Below, piece by piece: positions 37,911-47,748 of a stretch of 64,000 nt of DNA. This DNA comes from Terriglobia bacterium. Lineage in GTDB: Bacteria; Acidobacteriota; Terriglobia; 20CM-2-55-15. Made by a program: the position numbers and the translations under genes. Positions within the stretch are counted from its first letter, which is position 1, and every line of letters begins with the position of its first letter. The stretch lies in contig CAXWPJ010000009.1 in NCBI GenBank assembly GCA_963664115.2, positions 768,001 through 832,000 of the forward strand, read 5' to 3'. The notes beneath the pieces are model-generated. The model made no database searches. It was not told the origin of the DNA and was given only the letters and a program-made list of their open reading frames with translations.

Positions 37911-38447
37911 CTACAGTTCCTCTATAGTCACGCTGCTGTTCGTATAGATGCAGATGTCTGCTGCGATTTTGAGGGCTTCCTCTGCGATTTGACGCGCCCC
38001 CAGATCGGAAAAACCGGAGAGCGCGCGAGCCGCGGCAAGCGCGTAAGCTCCACCCGATCCGATCCCTAACAGGCCGTCGTCGGGCTCGATCAAGTCGCCC
38101 GTCCCCGATATCAGAAAGGTCAATTTTTCGTCGGCCACGATCATCACGGCCTCAAGATGCCGCAGGCTCTTGTCCGTCCGCCAGTCTCGGGCAAGTTCCA
38201 CCGCCGCTCGACTCAGGTTGCCCTGAAACTGTTCGAGTTTCGATTCGAACCTGGCAAACAAAGCGAAACTGTCAGCTGACGAACCGGCGAAAGCCGCGAG
38301 TATCCGGTCGTTGAACAGGCGCCGGATCTTCTTCGCGCCGTGTTTAATTACGGTATCACCCAAGGTGACCTGTCCGTCACCGGCGAGTGCAACCCTTCCG
38401 TCTTTGCGAACGCAAATGATGGTGGTGGAGCGTGTCTGGACAGGCAT
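37911..38447 (-). CDS. hslV: ATP-dependent protease subunit HslV
   Basis: TTI N-terminal nucleophile, [18 protein letters not shown]. Confidence 0.99.
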   Translation of the reverse strand: MPVQTRSTTIICVRKDGRVALAGDGQVTLGDTVIKHGAKKIRRLFNDRILAAFAGSSADSFALFARFESKLEQFQGNLSRAAVELARDWRTDKSLRHLEAVMIVADEKLTFLISGTGDLIEPDDGLLGIGSGGAYALAAARALSGFSDLGARQIAEEALKIAADICIYTNSSVTIEEL

Positions 38448-38453
38448 GAAGCT

Positions 38454-39197
38454 CTATCGACCCACTTCGGACATGAAGAGTCGGTCCGAAAGATTGGAAT
38501 TGTAGGCGACGCTGTCAATCCGGATTTCCGTCGTCTTCAATCCATCGGTATAGCGGTCGATGAGCAGGGGTGTGAGCACGTTCTGAAACTCGTGGTAGTT
38601 GCTGTAAACCTCTTCGTGAATTCGTGGATCGTCCAGACGCCGTACGGTCTTTTTCATGAGGAGGCCGCTTTCCTGGTCAATATACAGATTAACCCGCGTC
38701 CGGTCTTCGTCACGGATTTCCAGGATGTCAACCCTCTTGAAGTCGATCATTTCACGGCCGACGTATTGAAGCGTGCTGTCGGGCTGCTCGACCACGACAC
38801 GAAGCACATGGTCCAGGCTCACCTTAAATTCCTCCCAGAAAACCTCGACCTGATCTTCAAGTTGAGCCTCGACTTCGCCATCGTTAACGTTCCATCCCTC
38901 AGACTGTCCGTTGTTGATCCGCACGGTGTCGCCGTCCTCTCCGAACTCTGTCCGCTCCCTGTCCGGATACCTGACGTAGTCAGCGAATATCTCCGCACCG
39001 ATGAGTTCGCCACGCTGGAACTGGTAAATACGGCCTTCTGTCGACATGTCGATCACGTCGAGATAGGCCGGACCTCCCAGAGTTTCTATAGCTCTGTCGA
39101 AAACCTCGCGCGGATCTTGCTGGGCCCCCGACACCGGCGGTTGCCACCAGAGCATGACTCCGACAGCGCACGCAATCAGCAGGTAGGTTTTTCTCAT
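38454..39197 (-). CDS. Secreted LolA-fold-like (lipoprotein-sorting-type) protein
   Basis: Signal peptide, beta-rich pattern LYIDQESGLL, YSNYHEFQNVLTP, C-terminal NSNLSDRLF. Family assigned from pattern only. Confidence 0.55.
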   Translation of the reverse strand: MRKTYLLIACAVGVMLWWQPPVSGAQQDPREVFDRAIETLGGPAYLDVIDMSTEGRIYQFQRGELIGAEIFADYVRYPDRERTEFGEDGDTVRINNGQSEGWNVNDGEVEAQLEDQVEVFWEEFKVSLDHVLRVVVEQPDSTLQYVGREMIDFKRVDILEIRDEDRTRVNLYIDQESGLLMKKTVRRLDDPRIHEEVYSNYHEFQNVLTPLLIDRYTDGLKTTEIRIDSVAYNSNLSDRLFMSEVGR

Positions 39198-39295
39198 AGA
39201 TGACCGTCCGATTATAGCGGATTCCATGTGAGCCGCGAACAAAGCTCCTCGGAGGGCGTCGATGCAGTTTTAATCATACTCTGCCGGACTCTACC

Positions 39296-40024
39296 TCACC
39301 CTTGGGCAAGAAATCGACGCCGAATGATTTCCCGAACATTACGGGCCGCCATGGCGGGCGATACAGTGTTGGACGGAACCGGGCTATCAATTGTCACCAT
39401 CACCGGTCCCCCATGCACGCATTTTGAGCCCGGTTCCAAAACGACGCGGGTGCCGTGAATCGTTATCGGGACAATCTCTGCACCTGAGCGCTGCCCAATA
39501 CTGAATGCTCCGTTTTTGAAAGAGGCAATGCCTCCGTCGATACTGGTCCGGCCCTCTGGGAAAAAGACAAGGGGCACACCTTCCCGAATTCGATCTACGG
39601 AAGGACCCAGCGCCCTCATGGCCGCCACGGGATTCTCACGATCTACCGGAAAATGTCCGGCTCTCCGCAGATGCCAGCCCAGTAACGGAACTCGAAACAG
39701 TTCTTTCTTGGCTGCGAATCGGAACTGAAACGGCAATGACGCAAGCAGGACGGGTATGTCCATATAGCTCTGGTGGTTCGCGCAAAGAACATATTTGCCG
39801 TTGGCTTCGAGCTGATCGAGTCCGTCGATCGCAAGCCGGACACCGGAAAGAAACAAGACAACATGGGACCAGGCCCTGGAACACCCATGCTGAAATCCGC
39901 CGTTCGGGTCCCGAAGCGAACCCAAAAGCGACACCAAAACGAAGACCACCGTGACCAATGATATCAAGGGAAGCCTGAGGCAGAGGGCGCCGAGGCGATC
40001 CAACTTCGTGTGTACCTGTCCCAT
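39296..40024 (-). CDS. plsC: 1-acyl-sn-glycerol-3-phosphate acyltransferase
   Basis: NHQSYMD, FFPEGRTS, FKNGAF. Confidence 0.92.
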   Translation of the reverse strand: MGQVHTKLDRLGALCLRLPLISLVTVVFVLVSLLGSLRDPNGGFQHGCSRAWSHVVLFLSGVRLAIDGLDQLEANGKYVLCANHQSYMDIPVLLASLPFQFRFAAKKELFRVPLLGWHLRRAGHFPVDRENPVAAMRALGPSVDRIREGVPLVFFPEGRTSIDGGIASFKNGAFSIGQRSGAEIVPITIHGTRVVLEPGSKCVHGGPVMVTIDSPVPSNTVSPAMAARNVREIIRRRFLAQG

Positions 40025-40112
40025 TACGCCCTTATCCGGACCGATCGATAGTGAGCTGAAGGTTCGGATCCGAACGCGGTCGGATTCTAGGAACGACCCA
40101 GGTGATTCTCAT

Positions 40113-41393
40113 TCATTTCGCGGTCTGCTCTAGAGCTTCGCTGCGGATTCGACCCTCGAGAACCGCCCGAGCCTCGCCGGCCAGGTAGAGAGATCCGGTT
40201 ATCAGAATTGTCGTCTCCGGGGCCGCATGTTCCCGGGCATAAGCAACGGCGTCTGCGATACCTTCCACGATTAAAGCATCGGGAAAATCATTGCCTAACA
40301 TTTTTGGATCCGAGGAACGAGCGTTGCTCACTCGGGTCAGAATCAGTCGCTTGGCGTGGGGCCGAAGGACGCGGATCATCGCGGCACAATCCTTCTCGCC
40401 CATTCCTCCAAAAATCAACCACACTTTCTCTGGACAATTTTCGTCAAGGTAACGACCGAGGGCCTCTGCCGCAGGTACATTGTGCCCTCCATCGACCAGG
40501 AACGTTGGCTTCCCGGCAATTCGCTCCAATCTTCCCGGCCAGCTTGCCTGGTTCACGCCGCGTATTATGCTCTCGACGTCGAGAGGCCAGCCCTGCACCT
40601 CCAGACACTCAGCCGCCCGCACGGCTACCTTCAGGTTCTCGATCTGGTGACGGCCCCCGAGCCCGGGCCGGAGACCCCCATAGGTCCGGACAGGCGTCTG
40701 CAGGTCGACACGGTAAAGGCCCTCTCCTAAATTCTGGATCTCTGCCTTAAGCCCCCCGGCGTCAACGGATCGTCCACCCGCCCGCGCCCGAATACACTCA
40801 AACTCGCACCCGGCTCCGAGAACAACGGGCTCCGAACCTTTGATGATCCCCGCCTTTTCTGCCGCGATCTCTTCGATAGTGGATCCCAGATATTCCTGAT
40901 GGTCGTACCCGATATTAGTGATCACGGACAGGTCCTGTGAAACGATGTTCGTGGCGTCGAGCCGCCCACCCAAACCGACCTCAAGAACGGCATAGCGAAC
41001 GCGTCCACTGAAATACTCGAAAGCTGAGGCTGTGACCAATTCGAAATAGGTGGGGGGATAGAGCAGCCGTGTGCGAGCGTCAGAAGCCGCAGCCTGAACA
41101 CGTGTCAAGATCTCGCCAAGTTCCAGGTCGTCGATTTCGATTCCGCCGATGGAAATCCGCTCGTTCAGCCGTTCCAGGTGAGGCGATACATACAAACCCG
41201 CCTCTCCCAGCATGGCCGAAAGCAAGTGTGCAACCGAACCCTTCCCATTGGTACCCGCGATCAGTACGGAGCGAAATTGCTCTTGAGGATTTCCGAGTGC
41301 CTCACACAGAATCTGAATATTTTTAAGGTCGTATCGGAGGGATCGGTACTCATTCCGAAGTGAGAACAAATGCTGAATGTCTGTGTCGTCCAT
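40113..41393 (-). CDS. folC: Folylpolyglutamate synthase / dihydrofolate synthase
   Basis: IAGTNGKGS, SPHL, LEVGLGGRLDATN, WPGRLE, DGGHN, TGSLYLAG; follows accD. Confidence 0.96.
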   Translation of the reverse strand: MDDTDIQHLFSLRNEYRSLRYDLKNIQILCEALGNPQEQFRSVLIAGTNGKGSVAHLLSAMLGEAGLYVSPHLERLNERISIGGIEIDDLELGEILTRVQAAASDARTRLLYPPTYFELVTASAFEYFSGRVRYAVLEVGLGGRLDATNIVSQDLSVITNIGYDHQEYLGSTIEEIAAEKAGIIKGSEPVVLGAGCEFECIRARAGGRSVDAGGLKAEIQNLGEGLYRVDLQTPVRTYGGLRPGLGGRHQIENLKVAVRAAECLEVQGWPLDVESIIRGVNQASWPGRLERIAGKPTFLVDGGHNVPAAEALGRYLDENCPEKVWLIFGGMGEKDCAAMIRVLRPHAKRLILTRVSNARSSDPKMLGNDFPDALIVEGIADAVAYAREHAAPETTILITGSLYLAGEARAVLEGRIRSEALEQTAK

Positions 41394-41496
41394 AGACTTT
41401 CCGGAAAATTCCCAACCCAGGCCTGTCTTCTCTGGATCGCTGTTTTGTACCTGCCGATTACAGTCCGCGGCACTGAAGCTGATCCCCGGATTTCCC

Positions 41497-42336
41497 CTAA
41501 CCCACGAAAAAATTCAGAGAACGCAGCAGGTATGGCGCCAGCATTCCCCGTTCGACGATTGCATCCAGCATTCCGTGCTGGAGCAGGAATTCGCTCCGCT
41601 GGAAACCCTCAGGGAGCTTCTGGCGAATGGTCTGCTCGATCACTCGTGGGCCGGCGAAACCAATCAGAGCTCCTGGCTCGGCAACGTTCAAGTCACCCAA
41701 CATCGCGAAACTGGCCGTCACGCCACCCGTCGTTGGGTCTGTCAGAAGCGATATGTAAGGCAATTTCTCACGGTCGAGTCTTGAAAGAGCAGCAGAAATT
41801 TTCGCCATCTGCATCAGGCTCAAGACTCCTTCCTGCATTCGTGCGCCGCCTGAACAGGAGACAATGACCAGGGCTGAACGCGTCCGTATCGCGCTTTCGA
41901 CCGCCCGCGTGATTTTTTCGCCGACAACAGAGCCCATCGACCCTCCGATGAAGCCATACTCCATCGCTGCCGCGACCACATCGTGACGTCCTATCCGGCC
42001 GGAACCGGTGACAACGGCTTCTAAAGGACCGGGCTCGCTTGAAAGACGCTCGAGCGTCTGTTTGTATGGCTTGGCGGCAGTAAAGTCGAGAGGATCCGTC
42101 GAGAACATCCCGGCATCCATCTCTTTCCAGGAACCATCAAAGAGGAGGTTCAATCGGTCAATGGCACCGATCTTGTAGTGATGGTTGCATTTTGGACATA
42201 CCTGGAAATTTGCATCGATGTCCTTTTTCCAGACCGGCTCTTTGCAACTGACGCACTTCTGCCAGAGGCCCTCCGGCATGACCAGACGTTCTTCACCAAC
42301 CTCGATGGACTTCTTTTCCCTTTTGAACCAGGTCAT
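41497..42336 (-). CDS. accD: Acetyl-CoA carboxylase carboxyltransferase beta subunit
   Basis: GLWQKCVSC...CPKC zinc finger, GGSMGSVVGEK, SGGARMQEG. Start at ATG 42336 (MTWFKR). Confidence 0.97.
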   Translation of the reverse strand: MTWFKREKKSIEVGEERLVMPEGLWQKCVSCKEPVWKKDIDANFQVCPKCNHHYKIGAIDRLNLLFDGSWKEMDAGMFSTDPLDFTAAKPYKQTLERLSSEPGPLEAVVTGSGRIGRHDVVAAAMEYGFIGGSMGSVVGEKITRAVESAIRTRSALVIVSCSGGARMQEGVLSLMQMAKISAALSRLDREKLPYISLLTDPTTGGVTASFAMLGDLNVAEPGALIGFAGPRVIEQTIRQKLPEGFQRSEFLLQHGMLDAIVERGMLAPYLLRSLNFFVG

Positions 42337-42346
42337 AAGGTGATGA

Positions 42347-43774
42347 TTATAACGCGGATACCGCCCTGCGCAGCCGATCGACTGTCTTGTCACGGCCCAG
42401 AACGACCATGACATCGAAGATTCCAGGCGCGACGGCTTTGCCCGTCAGCGAAACACGTGCCGCGTTAATGAGCAAACCAGCCTTGACCTCCAGTTCCGCC
42501 GCCAGAGCCCTCAGGGTCTCTTCCACGCCGTGGAGATCGAAGGGGTCTACTGTCTCTAAACGCAGGGCTAGTTCAGGCAGGTATTCCTCAAGCCTGGAAT
42601 CTGACATGAAGCGCCGAAGCGCGGCCGGCTCGTACTCCACTGAAACGCCCGAATAAGTGCGCACCTCCCGGGCCAGCGCCTGCAGGGATCGAAACCGCGG
42701 TCGAATTAACTCGATCAGGGAGAGGAACCAGGCCCGATCTGTCGTGTCAAACCGCTCCTCCCATATACCGGTATCTTCCAGGACCGGGACCAGACAGCGC
42801 GACAGGGCTTCTGGAGAAAGCGCGTTGATGTATTGACCATTGAACCACGCCAGTTTGTCGGGATCGAAGACCGCATCGGCTTTCGATATACCTTCGAGCG
42901 AAAATGCTTCGATCAAACGACGCGTGTCAAAGATTTCCTGGTCCGTACCATCGGACCAACCCATCAGTGCCAGTAAATTATCGAAAGCTTCCGGGAGGAT
43001 GCCCTGGTCGCGATAGGCAAGCACAGACGTGGCACCGTGACGCTTGCTGAGGCGGGATCTGTCGGGACCCAGGATCAGCGGCACATGAACGAACTGGGGC
43101 CTTGGGGCTTCGAGCGCATCAAAGAGAAGAATCTGTTTCGGCGTATTGGAAATGTGGTCCGCACCCCTCAGGACGTGGGTTATTTCCATGTCCAGATCGT
43201 CGGCAACTACGCTCAGATGGTAGGTCGGGTGGCCATCCGATCTCAGGAGAACGAAATCCTCGACCTCATCGAGTCCCTTCGTGATCTCACCGAAAACAAG
43301 GTCATCGAAGCGAACCCTACCATCGGGCACACGAAAGCGAAGGGCCGCGGTCTCACCACTATCCAAACGCTCACGCACCTGCTTTTTATCCAGTGACAGG
43401 CACGTCCTCGGATACTTCCAACCCACTCCCGACGCAGAAGCCTCCGCCCTCAGAGACGCGAGTTGTTCGGGCGAGCAGAAACAACGGTAGGCATGCCCGC
43501 CTTCCTCCAGGGTCTGGGCCAGATCCCTGTATCGGTCCAATCGCTCCGACTGGTAATACGGGCCTTCATCCCAGTCCAATCCCATCCATGACATCGCTTC
43601 GAGAATCCCCTTGGTCATTGCAGGATCGGAGCGCTCCCTATCGGTATCTTCGATCCGAAGAATGAAGGTGCCGCCCATTTTCCGGGCAAACAACCAATTG
43701 AACAGCGCCGTGCGTGCACCGCCCACATGAAGGTGGCCGGTCGGGGACGGAGCAAAGCGGACCCTTACAGTCAT
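42347..43774 (-). CDS. gltX: Glutamyl-tRNA synthetase, paralog 1
   Basis: RFAPSPTGHLHVGGART, HVLRGADH, LSKRHG, IRPRF in the anticodon domain. Start at ATG 43774. Confidence 0.96.
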   Translation of the reverse strand: MTVRVRFAPSPTGHLHVGGARTALFNWLFARKMGGTFILRIEDTDRERSDPAMTKGILEAMSWMGLDWDEGPYYQSERLDRYRDLAQTLEEGGHAYRCFCSPEQLASLRAEASASGVGWKYPRTCLSLDKKQVRERLDSGETAALRFRVPDGRVRFDDLVFGEITKGLDEVEDFVLLRSDGHPTYHLSVVADDLDMEITHVLRGADHISNTPKQILLFDALEAPRPQFVHVPLILGPDRSRLSKRHGATSVLAYRDQGILPEAFDNLLALMGWSDGTDQEIFDTRRLIEAFSLEGISKADAVFDPDKLAWFNGQYINALSPEALSRCLVPVLEDTGIWEERFDTTDRAWFLSLIELIRPRFRSLQALAREVRTYSGVSVEYEPAALRRFMSDSRLEEYLPELALRLETVDPFDLHGVEETLRALAAELEVKAGLLINAARVSLTGKAVAPGIFDVMVVLGRDKTVDRLRRAVSAL

Positions 43775-43794
43775 ATGGATGATATTCCCCGGCA

Positions 43795-44051
43795 AAGGGG
43801 TTCGAAATCAAGAGGGAACGCGAATCGAAGGCCCACTGTCGCACTCAATACGGTCCAGATTCAGTCCGGTGTCACGGTTCGCAGTCCCGGGCGTGGCAAG
43901 GCGCATGGTGGGAATGTCGGAGTTCGGGTGTTATGTATACCCGCGCTCAGCCGCAGGCCACCGAGCGGCGGCCGAGGAGGAAGGCGGAGGCCAACTGTCT
44001 AAAACGGCGTGGGGCCTATCACCCATGGTCGCGGGATGGCCTCGAACCCTT
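43795..44051. other. ~257-bp structured non-coding element (MITE-like or ncRNA candidate)
   Basis: Ends pair (GGGTTCGA 43798-43805 / TCGAACCC 44042-44049); several internal hairpins; no credible ORF. Confidence 0.45.
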
Positions 44052-44113
44052 CTGTCTTGAACCGATCCAAGGCTGATCCCGATGTTCGTCGAGCCGGACA
44101 AACCGCTTAATCT

Positions 44114-44521
44114 TCACTGATTGTCCGGGTTGGAGCCTCCAAGGAATATCGTGAACCCATCGGAGGCTGTGATGTTGCCGCCGTTGGCCCTCATTTCGCC
44201 GGACTTTGCCCGGTACCCTCGAACGGTGACCTTCGTGCCGACCGGCAGAGAATCCCTCGTGAAGCCGCGCCGAAACAGGGAATTCGGAGCACCGGCTTCG
44301 ATTTCCCAGATTTCGGTCGTGCCGTCGTCGGCTTCCACTTCTATGGTGAACCAACTGTGTGGGTTGATGAGTTCCACCTTGGTAATCGTTCCCTCCAACT
44401 GGACCGGCTTGGTGAAATCAAATTCCGCTGAAAACGCATGATGTGCCCAGGTAGGCAAAACCGTCAGGAGCAATAAACTGCCCACACCGGCAACCAGGAC
44501 AAGCAGTCGTTTGGTTCGCAT
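44114..44521 (-). CDS. DUF6152-like secreted small OB-fold-type protein
   Basis: Signal peptide ..PTWA|HHAFSAEFD, INPHSW, WEIEAGAPNSLFRRG, GTKVTVRGYRAK. Family recognised from pattern. Confidence 0.8.
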   Translation of the reverse strand: MRTKRLLVLVAGVGSLLLLTVLPTWAHHAFSAEFDFTKPVQLEGTITKVELINPHSWFTIEVEADDGTTEIWEIEAGAPNSLFRRGFTRDSLPVGTKVTVRGYRAKSGEMRANGGNITASDGFTIFLGGSNPDNQ

Positions 44522-44566
44522 CCGATAACCCTCCTCCTTCGTCGCACCAAATTCTAGGGACCTTTT

Positions 44567-45604
44567 TCAGTCTAGCTCAAGCATTCTGCGGGACCCTTTG
44601 AGCGTGTTCTCCATAAATCTATAGTTTCCCTCGTGACAGGCGTACTCGAATAGATCTTCCGGCCCCTTGTACTCGTCACCGCTCTCGTCACCGCCCCGCC
44701 AGGGCATGACGTACGTCCAGGGTGCAGTCCATGTCGTAGGGTCGTTGACCGTGACCTGATATTCGATGGCGTTCTCGTCGATCCGCGTCAAGCGTTCCAC
44801 AAATTCCATATTGCCCACGGGTAGCAGCGTGTTCCCCTCTATAGCGTTGGCCGTACCCCAGGAATGCCACGTCTGCTTGTCCGTCTTATTGGTCATGTGG
44901 ACCACCAGCGTAGTGCCCTCCCAGTGCCCCCGTGAACTGCCGTTCCATTGCCGGATGCTCGCGTCCAGCGCCGGACGTCCGTCCAAGGGAATGATGCGAG
45001 CGTCGTGCATGCTCTCATAGTGAATCACGACGTATCCGGGAGTCTGTAGAATCTGAATCCCGTGGTTGTACAAGGCCCAGTGTCGCGGGATGACACGTGC
45101 TATGCAACGGCGGTAATCGGAAAGGTCCAACCAGGAGTTATAAACAAGGTCATCAGTAACCGTACCACCATCCCCGACTCGCGATATGTTCCTCGAGGCT
45201 CTTTCCGCTTTTCGCTCGTCCTGCAGCTGCTGAGCTTCGGGGGTGAGCGGAGGCAAGCGACCGTTGGGTGGGTCTATGATCAACGACGTGCGGTTGGTCA
45301 CCCCTGTCTTCGGAACCCGGGGATCGAGGATGCGCGATATCGTTGCGCGGGCAGCGCGACGAGCCGCATTCTGTTCGTCAAGTTCCGCCTTCATTTCAGC
45401 TATTTCGGCCTCGGTGTAAAACTCCTTGTCGCCAAGTTGTTCAGGCCGTTCCATCGGTGTGGCCGTCTCGTACGTGTACACGCCCTGAAGGTCCGGGTCC
45501 CCCCACGGGGTGCGCTGCGTCTGGCCGGTCGCAGGTGCCTGTACGATCAAGACAAGGACAGCCACCATTGCCAGTCCGCCCAGGTTTAGAAATCGATCGC
45601 TCAT
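44567..45604 (-). CDS. Conserved secreted hypothetical protein (DUF6152-associated type)
   Basis: Signal peptide, RTPWGDPDLQG, RTSLIIDPPNGRLP, QTPG, GHWEGTTLVV, EYACHEGN. Confidence 0.85.
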   Translation of the reverse strand: MSDRFLNLGGLAMVAVLVLIVQAPATGQTQRTPWGDPDLQGVYTYETATPMERPEQLGDKEFYTEAEIAEMKAELDEQNAARRAARATISRILDPRVPKTGVTNRTSLIIDPPNGRLPPLTPEAQQLQDERKAERASRNISRVGDGGTVTDDLVYNSWLDLSDYRRCIARVIPRHWALYNHGIQILQTPGYVVIHYESMHDARIIPLDGRPALDASIRQWNGSSRGHWEGTTLVVHMTNKTDKQTWHSWGTANAIEGNTLLPVGNMEFVERLTRIDENAIEYQVTVNDPTTWTAPWTYVMPWRGGDESGDEYKGPEDLFEYACHEGNYRFMENTLKGSRRMLELD

Positions 45605-45631
45605 CTGAAACCTCCTTCCCCGGATCCTAGT

Positions 45632-46480
45632 TCAGTCGTTTGAGTCCTCGATGAAGTGTCCCCACATGAAATCTTCAACGAATTCGATGCACTTGAATTC
45701 CATAAGTTCCGCGTTCGCTTCGATCCGCCGATAGAGCGGCATGCGGATCGTCCAGGGTCGTGTAAACACGTTCGGGTCCTCGATGGTCGCTTCATACATC
45801 AGGTGGTCTGGGCTGATGGGCGTGTAGCGTTCCACCACATGCACGGCCTCACTATAGAAATTTCCCGCCCGATCGAGCCAGGACTGGCCCATCTGATCGG
45901 TGACGTCGACCACCAAAGTATCGCCCTCCCAGTGGCCGATCGACCAGCCCATCCACGATTTATTCGGACTCGGTGGCTCGCGACCTACATGGATCTGGCG
46001 AATCGCACTCGCGTACTCATAGGCGATCAAGATCTGTCCGGGAGTTTGAAAGACCTGGAACGGAAAGGGCAGGTACGTGGCGCGCGGTACTCCAGGCAGA
46101 TAGCATTTAGTCTCTGGATCTCCAGTGGTCTCGTTTGTGACCAGGTCAAGGGGGCGAGTGAAACGCCCCTCGAAGTTCTCTCTCTGTTTTTCTGCGGCCC
46201 ACGGTTGATACGGGATCTCATTGCCCTCGATGACGCTTTGACCTGGGGGCACCGCTCCGAACGCGCCGAGGAGTATCGGGAAGGCGGAAGGTGCCGCAGC
46301 ATGGGGCCGGAGGTCCCAATTCGCCGTGTTGAGAGCCTGCCAGATGCCGTTCAAATCAGGGTTTTCTGTTCCAACCAGACGGGGGGCGGTATAGGGCGCG
46401 TCCTGAGCGGCGGCCGGCGCGACCGCCACCAGGACGCTCGCAACAATCACGATGAGCAGGTTTCCAGGCGGATTTCGCAT
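45632..46480 (-). CDS. Conserved secreted hypothetical protein, paralog of the adjacent gene
   Basis: Signal peptide (..AAA|Q), PDLNGIW, DPETKC, QTPG, GHWEGDTLVV, DPNVFTRPW, EFKCIE. Confidence 0.85.
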   Translation of the reverse strand: MRNPPGNLLIVIVASVLVAVAPAAAQDAPYTAPRLVGTENPDLNGIWQALNTANWDLRPHAAAPSAFPILLGAFGAVPPGQSVIEGNEIPYQPWAAEKQRENFEGRFTRPLDLVTNETTGDPETKCYLPGVPRATYLPFPFQVFQTPGQILIAYEYASAIRQIHVGREPPSPNKSWMGWSIGHWEGDTLVVDVTDQMGQSWLDRAGNFYSEAVHVVERYTPISPDHLMYEATIEDPNVFTRPWTIRMPLYRRIEANAELMEFKCIEFVEDFMWGHFIEDSND

Positions 46481-46721
46481 GCAACTATCCCCTTTCCCTA
46501 ATGGTCGCCAGTCTACACCAAAACCTATAGTGAAGATGAGGAAGACGACCCGACCCCCCAGGTCACCAAATTTAGATAGGACCCTTCGAAAAGCGACGCC
46601 GGGTAGTGCCGCAGCGGCGGGTGGAGAGGCGATTGTCAGAGTCGAATCGAAGGGGGCTCCCGATGGGGCTTCAAACGACCACAGTGATGTGGCGAATTAC
46701 TAACGAGTAGTCGCCTTTTGT

Positions 46722-47648
46722 TTAGGAACGCGCTTTCTTAGAACTGTTCCGAAGCACTCGCTCGGTCCACGAATCCCGATCTGGGGTGAACTGAGCCGCA
46801 GCCGACCGTAAATACGGGCGAAATTGAGAGATCCAGTACCGGGCAAACCCGGCCTTGCGGATGCGTGTGAGGGTTTCCCGATAATGCGTCAGCAGGGGCC
46901 CCGCCAAAACGTAGCCCGTCCGTTGTCCGGCAACCTTGGCGGCCTGCGACAACCAGTACACCTTTTCCGGCAGGGTCCCTACTGTCGAAAGTGCCATCAC
47001 AGTAGACATCTCGAATACTGAACGGCCCTGACGTTGCGCCTCGCCGGTGATCTGGTCCCAGGTTCCCCTAACCAAAGCTAAAGCCGGAATTCTCTTCGGG
47101 GGTAGCTTGGCCAGCTCCTCCCTAAATGCGTCCCACTCATTTCGGAGATCCGCCACATCCAACGGTGGAGCATTGATCGTTTTTGCCGCCCGACCAGCGC
47201 TCTGCTCCAGAGCGTCAAGCATTTGATCGACCGTTCCAACTTCGGCATCATTCTCCATCAGTCCCTCTTCCTTCAAAGCGCCTGTGATGTCAGCCAGCAG
47301 GTGACGCCCGGCACCACTCACATCGGCCAGTGCCGCCAGCACCCAGACCGGTGAGGCACGAAAGACCAAAATGCCGATCATTTCCAGACCACCACCAGCG
47401 GTTCTTCGCAGCAGCAAGTCGTTATTCAACTCTTCCTCAGATGGGAATACCCCTTCCACTTGTCCGACCTGTTCGATCAGAAACCGGAGAGTCAACTCCA
47501 CCACGTTGACGTAAAGGCGGCTCTTGCGAACTCCGTCCGGTAAGGCTGAACGTCCGATCTCGTGTAACAGTCCACCCGCAAGCGCCGACGCAGAACACAG
47601 CACCCGCTCCGGAAGGGACAACAGATAGCGGGTAAGTCGCGACTTCAT
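46722..47648 (-). CDS. Hypothetical protein (helical)
   Basis: 308-aa ORF filling the gap between neighbours with natural composition; no motif recognised. Confidence 0.75.
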   Translation of the reverse strand: MKSRLTRYLLSLPERVLCSASALAGGLLHEIGRSALPDGVRKSRLYVNVVELTLRFLIEQVGQVEGVFPSEEELNNDLLLRRTAGGGLEMIGILVFRASPVWVLAALADVSGAGRHLLADITGALKEEGLMENDAEVGTVDQMLDALEQSAGRAAKTINAPPLDVADLRNEWDAFREELAKLPPKRIPALALVRGTWDQITGEAQRQGRSVFEMSTVMALSTVGTLPEKVYWLSQAAKVAGQRTGYVLAGPLLTHYRETLTRIRKAGFARYWISQFRPYLRSAAAQFTPDRDSWTERVLRNSSKKARS

Positions 47649-47748
47649 ATTCAGAGAATCTTAGTCGAATAGAACCTGGAACCGTCAGGAAAAGATCCTT
47701 CATCGGGAAGCTCAAAATTCTGCACGCCCCGAGCTATAATGATCCACT

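Noticed and set aside
43775-44110. T-box riboswitch or 6S RNA upstream of gltX
   Set aside because: No UGGNACC T-box bulge or terminator on the coding strand; the branched hairpins do not fit the 6S rod with a central bubble.
46597-46608. 12-bp match CGCCGGGTAGTG to the reverse complement of 21342-21353
   Set aside because: Too short to distinguish from chance in 64 kb of GC-rich sequence; no extension.
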